Source: a virus. From it: a stretch of 64,000 nt of DNA. Below are positions 46,181 to 54,402 of this stretch, in pieces; within the stretch, counting starts at the first letter, position 1, and every line of letters starts with the position of its first letter. A program made the translations under genes and the position numbers. The notes below the pieces were generated by a model. That model did not search any database and was not told the DNA's origin. It saw nothing but the letters and a program-made list of their open reading frames with translations. Location: positions 23,959-87,958 of the IMG/VR virus record IMGVR_UViG_3300030430_004034. One strand, given 5' to 3'.

Positions 46181-47599
46181 CTAGTCCTCCAATGCTTCTT
46201 CTAACTCGTAAGTGTTTGCAAGAAGATTCTGTAAGAAATTTGTTGCTTCATCCCTTGAAGCATTCACTTGTTCTGTAAATGCTCCTGTTTTTGACCCCTC
46301 TTCCTGTTCTGCAATCTCTGCTAAACTTGCTCCTTCTGAAACTTCTGTGCTAACGGTAAAGTATTCAGGGATGTTTCTTGAGACTCTTTTTTCTCTAGCG
46401 AACCCCCCTCTTCCTTCTGTTCTAACAGGGACTCTTGTGAATCTTAGTTCGCCAGTCCTGATAACTTCAACTCTAGCAGTGATTTCATCAAACGAAAATT
46501 CTTCCTTCCTCAACTCGTTTTTGTAAGGGTCAAGAATAATTTCATCAGGCAGAATAACTTTCACATCAGCCAATATTTTGAAATCCGATAGAGCACCAAT
46601 TATTCTTCTTCTCCTGTTCCCTGCGTCTCTAGGGAAGAGACAGTGCATCAATAATTTAAACGCTGTATTCTTGTCTATGTTTTTGAGAGAAAGAATTACT
46701 CTACCTTCACTTACAACAGATACTCTTTCTTCCCCAACCTTCACACTTGTTTTTTGCTGTGAAGCATCAAACTCTACATCGTACAAATCCATTAAATTAA
46801 ATCCGTTAATATCGTCTCTTAATTTTTCATCTAATCCGTATATTTTGAGAAATGTTTTGCCTTTGGGGTCTTCCGCTCTACGCCACGCTGTAGGAGATAA
46901 TGAAGACCCTTCTTTGCCAGTTATTTTCTCCATCAAAACAACATCTTCCTTGAAAATATCGTCCTTTTTTGTTCTAGGATAATCTACTCTAAATAGCGAA
47001 CTGGGCTTGTAATCTGCTAGAACCTGTTCAGTAAACGATTTCTTTTCATCGTCTCCAAATGAAATTATCAAATTACCTCGGCCTGTCGTTACTTCCATGT
47101 TCTTTTTCATTGTGTCAATAAGAGTTTTGAACGGGTATTCTTCAGATTCTTCTTCCAATATTTCTTCCATATTTTCGATGATAATATCAGAATCTTCTCC
47201 CGTTTCAGTCAATTTTTCGTACTCTTCCGTTTCCTCTCCTCTACCGAGAATCGTAGCAAAGGTATTAGGATTTTTTAAATCATCAATGGTAAAGTCCATT
47301 TTTGTAAAGTCAATCAACTTACCTTTGAATTTCTTGATAGTGTTCAACTTGCTAATCTTGGTAGATGTTATTCCTGATAACTTATTTTTGATTATTTTCT
47401 TAGCCTCATCAACATTTTCTTCATATGCCCCGAGTCTATTTATTCGCTCTAAATCTTCAATTTTTTCATCAAGAAGTTGGTCCTCTGTATTGCTACCTTC
47501 TTCTAGAAATCCGTAAGCCAAGTTTCTCAAAATAATGGCTTGTCCTAAAGTCTCAACATCCGTCACTTCTTCACGGCTAAACAGTAGAACCTTTACCAT
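46181..47599 (-). CDS. Acidic hypothetical protein
   Basis: 472-aa ORF with no recognisable motif. Confidence 0.55.
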   Translation of the reverse strand: MVKVLLFSREEVTDVETLGQAIILRNLAYGFLEEGSNTEDQLLDEKIEDLERINRLGAYEENVDEAKKIIKNKLSGITSTKISKLNTIKKFKGKLIDFTKMDFTIDDLKNPNTFATILGRGEETEEYEKLTETGEDSDIIIENMEEILEEESEEYPFKTLIDTMKKNMEVTTGRGNLIISFGDDEKKSFTEQVLADYKPSSLFRVDYPRTKKDDIFKEDVVLMEKITGKEGSSLSPTAWRRAEDPKGKTFLKIYGLDEKLRDDINGFNLMDLYDVEFDASQQKTSVKVGEERVSVVSEGRVILSLKNIDKNTAFKLLMHCLFPRDAGNRRRRIIGALSDFKILADVKVILPDEIILDPYKNELRKEEFSFDEITARVEVIRTGELRFTRVPVRTEGRGGFAREKRVSRNIPEYFTVSTEVSEGASLAEIAEQEEGSKTGAFTEQVNASRDEATNFLQNLLANTYELEEALED

Positions 47600-47609
47600 T
47601 TATACCAAC

Positions 47610-48287
47610 TCACATCAACCATTTACCCCAAGCCGCCGCTTTTTGTATCGCAGAGCCTAGGTGAAGACCGCTTGATGGGGGTTCGTAACTTGTTTGTCCA
47701 GTGTTCGGGTCAACCCAATATGGCCTTCCGTATCCGTCAGTACCGCTAGGGGGGACTGGATAGCCACTGCCATTGTTTACTGCTCCCTGCATCTGTTGGT
47801 ATTGCTGAGTATGTCCAGTCACTCCGGCAATAGCCATACCTGCTGTCGGCTGGGCAGGCGCACCCCCTCCCATATTAGAAGAGAATCCTTGAGATTCAAG
47901 GTATTGCTGTTTTGCCATTTTTCTTTGCATAACTACCTCAGTATCAATTGCTGAGTTCACAATAGCATTAATGTCCAACTGTATGTTTTCTTTTGTAATC
48001 CTTTCGTACTCTCTGAGACAATCAGGATGAACAGTCATTTTGCCAGTGGTAGAGTCCTGAACAAACTCTAGTTTAGAAAGCATTTCGCTAACCACTCGCT
48101 CGGTGACATCTTCCATCAACTTTTCAAAAGTCATTAAAAATTTATGACCATGATATTGGAAAAACTCCTCCACATGGTTGTCTTGTAGAGAAAGCAAATT
48201 GTTTACAGTTTTGAATTGTGTGTCCTGAGAGGCGCTGATTGCACCTACAATGTCTCTATTGTTTGGGCCAAAAACCATTTCACTCAC
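47610..48287 (-). CDS. Hypothetical protein with a Q/G/P-rich region and C-terminal amphipathic helix
   Basis: Ends LGSAIQKAAAWGKWLM; in the GTPase cluster. Confidence 0.6.
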   Translation of the reverse strand: MSEMVFGPNNRDIVGAISASQDTQFKTVNNLLSLQDNHVEEFFQYHGHKFLMTFEKLMEDVTERVVSEMLSKLEFVQDSTTGKMTVHPDCLREYERITKENIQLDINAIVNSAIDTEVVMQRKMAKQQYLESQGFSSNMGGGAPAQPTAGMAIAGVTGHTQQYQQMQGAVNNGSGYPVPPSGTDGYGRPYWVDPNTGQTSYEPPSSGLHLGSAIQKAAAWGKWLM

Positions 48288-48921
48288 CCTTTCCTTGTAT
48301 CAAAAACTCCATTCTTTCCATTGATGCTCTTACTTCTTGTGCCAACCTAACGACTTCTTCTGGAGCAGTTTCTTCTGTTTCTACACGAGGAGATTTGATT
48401 ATCCATCCAGCACTTGTAAGAGAAATAATATCGTCCCTTGTCAATGTGGTGGCTGGCCCTTTAGATAAGACTTGTGGCAATCTAGGTTTTGGAATAAACG
48501 CCTTGAATTCCAGCCCGTGGTCTTCTGCCATGATTTGTTGTTGTAGCATTTCCATTTGTCGGTGAAAACCTGCATGTTTTGGGCAATAGGTTCCTCGCAT
48601 TGGTCTACCTTTTTCTACATGAGTTAATGGAATAGGTGGTCGCATGTAGTCTCCTGCTTCCCAAATATGGTGGGTTCCACAAACAACACAACGCTCTTTC
48701 AGATTAAATTTCCACCCGTAATTTACAAACAAAAACTTCTTCTTTTCTGCCATCAAAACCTTTCTAATTTCTTTCAACCTTTTCTTTGGTTTGAGCGTTC
48801 GATATTTGTATTCCTCTACCGGGCCACTTGCTCTTGCTTGAACAAGAGGTGGTAGGAACGGGTTGCTCGTCTGTGCTGATTGTGCGCCTATCAAGTTTGG
48901 TTGTTGATACATTTCTTTCAC
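48280..48921 (-). CDS. Zn-finger protein with a C-terminal coiled coil
   Basis: CVVCG...YCPKH. Confidence 0.6.
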   Translation of the reverse strand: MKEMYQQPNLIGAQSAQTSNPFLPPLVQARASGPVEEYKYRTLKPKKRLKEIRKVLMAEKKKFLFVNYGWKFNLKERCVVCGTHHIWEAGDYMRPPIPLTHVEKGRPMRGTYCPKHAGFHRQMEMLQQQIMAEDHGLEFKAFIPKPRLPQVLSKGPATTLTRDDIISLTSAGWIIKSPRVETEETAPEEVVRLAQEVRASMERMEFLIQGKGE

Positions 48922-49584
48922 CTAGTAATCCTTAATCATCGTAGTGACTCCACGGTAAACCATTTCCGGTTGGGACTTAGCCGATACTATGTATTTGAAT
49001 GTCGGTATCCCTCGTTCATTTAGTTTTTGCATACCATAATGGAAGGGGTCAAAAATAGGATGTTTGTTGATGTCTCCATCGTGTTTGTATTTTTCTCCCC
49101 ACATGTCGTACTTGTTTGCCCAAATACTGATTGCCAAGGGGTATTCTTCGTCTCTTTTCTTTTTTCCATTAGGCCACCTTGAAAGACAGATAGCATCAAC
49201 GAGAAACTTCCATGCCAGTTGATGGTCTAAGTTGGCTGGGTTGTCCAAATGCCTGTGGTCTATCATGAAGATAATGTATTTTACCCGTCTATTTTTCATG
49301 TCCTTAATCCATTCTTTCCAATAGATGGACTCTCCGCCAATGTCAGCAGAGCGTAGGGTATGGACTTCTCCTTCAAACTTGATTCTTTTTCGGGTGGCCC
49401 TATGCACTCCAACCGTTCGTTCTTTGATTTGTGCAACTTCTCCCCTTGTCCTTAACTGATGTCCGAGAGTGGTTTTTCCAACCATTGTAGCCCCGTAAAC
49501 TCCGAAATTGATTGCATGAATTTTTTTGTAGAAACCAATAATTGCTTCACCGACAAGGATAGCAAAGCCTGTCATTAGCGACAT
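48922..49584 (-). CDS. Ras-superfamily small GTPase (Arf/Sar-like)
   Basis: G1 GATMVGKT, G2 RT, G3 DIGG, IIFMID, G4 NKYD, G5 SAK; hydrophobic N-terminal helix. Confidence 0.85.
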   Translation of the reverse strand: MSLMTGFAILVGEAIIGFYKKIHAINFGVYGATMVGKTTLGHQLRTRGEVAQIKERTVGVHRATRKRIKFEGEVHTLRSADIGGESIYWKEWIKDMKNRRVKYIIFMIDHRHLDNPANLDHQLAWKFLVDAICLSRWPNGKKKRDEEYPLAISIWANKYDMWGEKYKHDGDINKHPIFDPFHYGMQKLNERGIPTFKYIVSAKSQPEMVYRGVTTMIKDY

Positions 49585-49596
49585 TCATTTAACCAC

Positions 49597-50100
49597 CTAA
49601 AAATATTTATCTAATATTTTCTTTAAATGTTCTTGGACTCTTAAATCATCGAATCTTAACATCGCTGAATCTCTCAATGCCTCTATTACTTCGGTTTTTC
49701 TATTGTCATATTCTAAATCACGCAGTAATTTTTTTCCTAATTCCTTAACTCTTGAATCGGGTAAATATTTGTATTCTAAATTAAAATATGCTGGTCTTCC
49801 TCTTGGAGTAGAGCCTTTTTTTCTACTAATCCACCCATAGTCACTATCGTAGGTCAAAAACATTTTTTCTTTTGTAGGGATTGTTTGTTTTATCATTGGC
49901 TTAGAAATGTCTTTTAATTCATCTGCTCTTGAGCCAAAAAACGCATAAACCAATGCTTCTGTTAATCTTGGTGTCCAATATCCTGTGTCCTCATCACCTT
50001 GGGAACCTTGAAATAATCTATTAAATTTCCAAGAATAATCTTTGCCGTATTCTTCATCTGTTTGAATAATATATGGTTTTTTTAAGATGTTCCACCACAT
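49597..50100 (-). CDS. WxxILK-leader protein, possible ADP-ribosyltransferase-like fold
   Basis: Starts MWWNILKK; RLFQG...GYWTP...ALVYA. Confidence 0.45.
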   Translation of the reverse strand: MWWNILKKPYIIQTDEEYGKDYSWKFNRLFQGSQGDEDTGYWTPRLTEALVYAFFGSRADELKDISKPMIKQTIPTKEKMFLTYDSDYGWISRKKGSTPRGRPAYFNLEYKYLPDSRVKELGKKLLRDLEYDNRKTEVIEALRDSAMLRFDDLRVQEHLKKILDKYF

Positions 50101-50101
50101 A

Positions 50102-50317
50102 TCAATGCCCCCACCCGTTTAACAAAGTGTCAAACAGGAAACCCATAACATTCATGTCAAAAACACCCATGATGTTTCCAACAAGGAAACCGGAAAGACA
50201 GGCACAAAAGCCCCAAAACCACGCTCTCATTTTCAAAAAGAAAATGTCAGCAGAATGTGCTCTTTGTTGATTGTAGGCGTAATCCGAATCGGAAAAGCCC
50301 ATTATGTCTCCAAGCAT
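50102..50317 (-). CDS. Small membrane protein
   Basis: Hydrophobic stretch AWFWGFCACLSGFLVGNIMGVF. Confidence 0.65.
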   Translation of the reverse strand: MLGDIMGFSDSDYAYNQQRAHSADIFFLKMRAWFWGFCACLSGFLVGNIMGVFDMNVMGFLFDTLLNGWGH

Positions 50318-50328
50318 GTAGCCTCACC

Positions 50329-50727
50329 TCATTGGAGTTGGGCTAAAAATTCTGCTCCTAATTCATTTTCTTCTTGGTAAGATGAAATTTCTGGAATTCT
50401 AGTGGTATTGAAATCCGTTTGGAAAGTCTTCAAGGAGTCTTGCATTCTCTTTCTTTGCTGTTCTTCCTTGTTTTTCATTTTCCAATAGGATTCAATTCTT
50501 CGGTCAAGAAGTCCTTGTTCTATGTAGTCGTTAAGGAACAAGTCATTGAGAGCCTTCATGATGAGAATAGCACCGACGGTAATCAGTCCGAATAGAACAC
50601 CGTGGGCTAAATGAGTGTATGGAAACTGCGTACCAAACTCAGCATAAAAGAAAACATTTGCTCCGCTCACCACCCCAACAAAAAGGATGGTCATAATCAG
50701 CCTTGTATCTGCGTTAAGAGCCGCCAA
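50329..50727 (-). CDS. Two-TM membrane protein with a C-terminal coiled coil
   Basis: Two hydrophobic helices followed by a charged helix; start codon uncertain. Confidence 0.65.
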   Translation of the reverse strand: MAALNADTRLIMTILFVGVVSGANVFFYAEFGTQFPYTHLAHGVLFGLITVGAILIMKALNDLFLNDYIEQGLLDRRIESYWKMKNKEEQQRKRMQDSLKTFQTDFNTTRIPEISSYQEENELGAEFLAQLQ

Positions 50728-50736
50728 GAAAACACC

Positions 50737-51063
50737 TCAAGAGAATTCAACGGACACAGCCGCCCCTTCACCTGAACCCGAAGAAATGCTTAGGAACAGC
50801 CCATTCGTCGCTAGGACACCGTGCATGTCATATTCCATCATTGTTGGACCGAACACTGCCCCGGAACCCGGAGGATTATCGCCCTGAACAATCATTCTTG
50901 CTAATTCTGTACCGCTTGCGGCAGAAGCATTGTCAAAGACCTTTATCGTTGTTGGAGCGGTTCCTGTAAGAACAGCATGAATTGAAACCAATTTACACTG
51001 TCCTTTGAAAACCACTGCGCTTGCCGATAATACGCCGCTTGTCCTGCTGGTTTGACTTGCCAT
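50737..51063 (-). CDS. Small beta-rich virion protein (decoration/fiber-like)
   Basis: IKVFDNASAASGT...NGL pattern; head module. Confidence 0.5.
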   Translation of the reverse strand: MASQTSRTSGVLSASAVVFKGQCKLVSIHAVLTGTAPTTIKVFDNASAASGTELARMIVQGDNPPGSGAVFGPTMMEYDMHGVLATNGLFLSISSGSGEGAAVSVEFS

Positions 51064-51113
51064 ATGAACACCTAAATAATCCTAGAAAACTTCCTTTAAT
51101 GAAGGTTGCGCCT

Positions 51114-51449
51114 TCATTCAGAAGTTTCTGTCTTCTTCGGGGTTGCCTTCTTTGCTGTAGTTTTCCTTCGGATGGTCTTCTTCTTTGGAAGAAGAGTAGA
51201 AACCACTTCATCAGGTTGACACTCTAAAGCAGAGCAGAGCATGGCTAATTCTCGTTCGGGAAGGCTCTCTAATTCTTTTCTATCTGATTCAGAAAAAACC
51301 ACTACGACATTTTTACCGCCATAGTAATGAGAAGCGTCATAGGCCGAGACCTTCACAGCCCCGGCCTTTGACACCTCAAATTTTCCTTCTCTTCCTGAAA
51401 GTTTCAGAGAATCCGCCCAACAGAATTCACTCAATTGGATGGTAGCCAA
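51114..51449 (-). CDS. Hypothetical protein with a basic tail
   Basis: Downstream of the capsid genes. Confidence 0.5.
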   Translation of the reverse strand: MATIQLSEFCWADSLKLSGREGKFEVSKAGAVKVSAYDASHYYGGKNVVVVFSESDRKELESLPERELAMLCSALECQPDEVVSTLLPKKKTIRRKTTAKKATPKKTETSE

Positions 51450-51458
51450 AGAAACACC

Positions 51459-51809
51459 TCAAATGTTTCCGTATGCTCTGATTCTTAACATTCCCAAATC
51501 GGAGTTAGCAGATTCAGCACCGGAACTAGCAGTCGTTCCCACTAGTTTGAAGGAACTGGAACTTGCGTACTCCCCGGCAGTGCTGAGTTCAACTACGAAC
51601 CTCTCAAGAGCAACACCGGAAGCCGTTTCAGCGCCAGTAAGCACAACTGCGGTGATGGTATCAAGACCCAAAGAGGCGGCAGTAATGACTTCCCCGTCTT
51701 CGGTATATGAAGTGATGTTGATGTTTGCATCAACGACATATTCGTCACCCACAACTCTAGGACTGGTAATGCCTTTGTGGTTAGCCAACAATGTTACTGT
51801 GTGTGTCAT
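51459..51809 (-). CDS. Capsid decoration/cement protein
   Basis: Directly after the MCP; SY..DGE...A.SLGL pattern. Confidence 0.55.
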   Translation of the reverse strand: MTHTVTLLANHKGITSPRVVGDEYVVDANINITSYTEDGEVITAASLGLDTITAVVLTGAETASGVALERFVVELSTAGEYASSSSFKLVGTTASSGAESANSDLGMLRIRAYGNI

Positions 51810-51818
51810 TAAAACACC

Positions 51819-53150
51819 TCAAGCGACATTGGTGATTTTACCTTGGCCCAAGAAGAAGGAACAGCCCGTCTCCGCAATCGTGCGGTAAAGGGCTTGGTTT
51901 CCAAGACGACCCACACCGAATGGGTTTCCGTTGCTGATACCGTCCTCAAAGTATTGGGTTGGCTTCATCACTTGGAGCCACAGATGGTCCGTATCAAGGA
52001 ACAGAAGGTCGCTGATACCCGTATCAGAAGAATTGGTAGTAGAAGTCATTTCCTTCACAGGGATGAGAGGAATGTCGTAGTAGGTTGCCACACGGAAACC
52101 AACTTCTGCACCCTTGATACCTCGGACACCGTTTACGGTAGGAATAACTTCCTTTCGGTCCATGAATCGCTCTTGCGACTGGAGCAAGTCAGCGATTGTC
52201 TGAATGGTATCGTATCCCGTAAGAATGACTTTAGGAGAACCACCAGCAACACGAAGTCTGCGAATCATGTCGTTAATCAAAGTCAAGGTAAGAGGTCGGA
52301 CAGAACTGGATGCGTAAGAACCACCAAAGTCCACCTCTGCGTCAAGGAAAGAAGCAGAGTTTCTGTTGTCTCCAAAGATTTTACCAAGGTTGTTTGATGC
52401 GCTCAAAGTGTCCGTAGCAAGAACGCCACCATCTAGTGCGGCCAATTCTGCGTTGCTCGTAACAATCTTCAACAGCGAGGTGTAGTTTCTCTCAATGTCT
52501 CCAAGAGCCGAGGCTTCACCGTAGAATTCAAGAGGCATAACCAGCATCTTGTTCTGTGCTTCTGCGTGAGCCTTACCCATATCTTCACGGATAATAGCAC
52601 GGATGTCTCCCAGTCCATCGTCAATCTGTGCCATTTCCATAGCAAGTTCGGAAATGTCAAACTGATGAGCAATCGTCTTTGGACTCATGAAGAGTTGAGC
52701 GTAGGTTGGAGCCATGCTACCGAGACCATCAGCCGCAGTAGAAAGGCCAGCGTTCTCAGGAACGCCACCGATTTCGTCGGCTTGTGGCGAATCGTCACCG
52801 ATACCGCCGCCGCTACCGTCGCTCTGCAAAGACAGAGTGGAACCGCTACCACCAAATGGTCGGCTCTTGAGGATTCTCCAACCGCTGGAGTTGTAAGGTC
52901 GCTTTGACAGAATAGCCAAGGCGTTTACTTCACGGTTGAGCATTGACCAAACTTTCTGTCCGTAAAGAACATTGTAGAGGCCAGTAGTGGTTCCGATACC
53001 GGAAACCCCACTTGCCCCTGCGTCGGCAATATCGTGAGCCGTATGTAGGCCCTGAACGACACCCGCTTGCTTAAGCAAGGAGTTTCCGCCGAAGTTTGGT
53101 AGTCCGTAAGTTGATGCTTCTAAGTCTCTAATCGTGTTAATGTATCCCAT
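51819..53150 (-). CDS. Major capsid protein (HK97 fold)
   Basis: Follows protease/scaffold; 443 aa; HK97-type pattern (PKTIAH...SEL, PKVILTG, YYDIPLI, LFLDT). Confidence 0.85.
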   Translation of the reverse strand: MGYINTIRDLEASTYGLPNFGGNSLLKQAGVVQGLHTAHDIADAGASGVSGIGTTTGLYNVLYGQKVWSMLNREVNALAILSKRPYNSSGWRILKSRPFGGSGSTLSLQSDGSGGGIGDDSPQADEIGGVPENAGLSTAADGLGSMAPTYAQLFMSPKTIAHQFDISELAMEMAQIDDGLGDIRAIIREDMGKAHAEAQNKMLVMPLEFYGEASALGDIERNYTSLLKIVTSNAELAALDGGVLATDTLSASNNLGKIFGDNRNSASFLDAEVDFGGSYASSSVRPLTLTLINDMIRRLRVAGGSPKVILTGYDTIQTIADLLQSQERFMDRKEVIPTVNGVRGIKGAEVGFRVATYYDIPLIPVKEMTSTTNSSDTGISDLLFLDTDHLWLQVMKPTQYFEDGISNGNPFGVGRLGNQALYRTIAETGCSFFLGQGKITNVA

Positions 53151-53159
53151 GTAATCACC

Positions 53160-54374
53160 TCAAATGTTTCCGCCAGCCATCTTGTGAATGTCGCTCCAAG
53201 ACATGTCAGCGACTTCCTCCAAGGAGAAGGTCTTGACCTCTTGAGCGGCCTCAGTAGCCTTGCGAATTTCCTCGTTGCCGGACTCCAAAGACTTTCGGAG
53301 TTGGCTAAATTGTTCTTGAAGACTTGCGATTTCGGTCTGAGCGTCGTACTCAGACTTAGCGACCGCTTCGTTTCTGCTAGAAACTTCTGCTTCAAACCTC
53401 TTAGCGAAGGTGTCTTGGAGGTTGTCAAAAGCCAACTTCTCAAGTTGTTCTGCTCGGAATTGAGCGTATGCCTTCTCAATGTTTTCACGAGAAAGGTTCA
53501 GGGTAGAAAACTCCTCGTTTCCAAAAGCCTTTGAAACTTCTCCTTCATTGGTTGCTTGCGAATCGCCAACAGGACGGCCACCCATAACCACATAGCGGTC
53601 TGCGGGTTCGCCAGTTTCAACGGAGCCTCCGTCAAGGGTGGGCGTAGGACCTTTTGCTTCGTCGTCCTTGTATTCTCCCATACCCTTTTCTTCGTCCATC
53701 ATTTCCTTGTCGTCCATCATTTCCTTGTCGTCCATCATCTCCTCTCCCATGGCTCTTTCCATAGCGGGGTCTTTTTCTTCCTTGCGGAGAGTGTTCACTT
53801 CTTGAAGAAGCGTATCCAATTCCGCCAATGCTTTTTCCAGTTTGTTCATGTCTTTCACATCCTCTTGTTTTAGTATGTCAAATTTCGCTTCGGGATTGAT
53901 TCCTTTCTCACAGATGGTTACTTCGTGTAATTCAAGTTTGCTAATTTCGTTGTATTCGCCCAACTCTTCATTACGCTTTTTCACTTTTTGTAGTGCTTGC
54001 CCTCCTATGCTAAAACTCCTCAGTGTACCCTTGCGAATCCCTCGTCCTATTTCTTTGGCTTTCTCTATGTCGTCTCTCAGTTTTATTACTACAAAAAATC
54101 CGACATCATCTACTTCTGTTTTGAATAGTCTCCCTTGGCTGTCTCTATAACTTTCTACAACTTCCCCGACTTGAACATTTGAATGGTTGGTCATTACATT
54201 TCTAAACTTGGGGTTCTCCATGTATTTTTTTACTGCCTCGTTAAGTGCTTTGAGTGTGATAAGGTCGTTTTGTTTGTCCACCATTTCAATTGAAGCATAT
54301 CCACCAATCATTAATTCGTCGGACTTTAGAATTTGAAACTCCTGATTAAGTTCTGCCTTGATGATAGAAGACAT
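53160..54374 (-). CDS. Prohead protease fused to a scaffold domain
   Basis: GYAS...DKQND, NH...VG, SFSIGG, EVTI...NPEA.F; acidic coiled-coil C-terminus. Confidence 0.88.
   Translation of the reverse strand: MSSIIKAELNQEFQILKSDELMIGGYASIEMVDKQNDLITLKALNEAVKKYMENPKFRNVMTNHSNVQVGEVVESYRDSQGRLFKTEVDDVGFFVVIKLRDDIEKAKEIGRGIRKGTLRSFSIGGQALQKVKKRNEELGEYNEISKLELHEVTICEKGINPEAKFDILKQEDVKDMNKLEKALAELDTLLQEVNTLRKEEKDPAMERAMGEEMMDDKEMMDDKEMMDEEKGMGEYKDDEAKGPTPTLDGGSVETGEPADRYVVMGGRPVGDSQATNEGEVSKAFGNEEFSTLNLSRENIEKAYAQFRAEQLEKLAFDNLQDTFAKRFEAEVSSRNEAVAKSEYDAQTEIASLQEQFSQLRKSLESGNEEIRKATEAAQEVKTFSLEEVADMSWSDIHKMAGGNI
53691..53741 (-). repeat. 18-nt tandem repeat (about 3 copies) encoding EMMDDK
   Basis: EMMDDKEMMDDKEMMDEEK in the scaffold linker. 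Confidence 0.85.
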
Positions 54375-54402
54375 CCTTCCCAGCCCCTCGTTGACAATTT
54401 GA

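Noticed and set aside
53691-53741. EMMDDK tandem repeat as a functional array
   Set aside because: An in-frame low-complexity linker expansion, most simply explained by slippage
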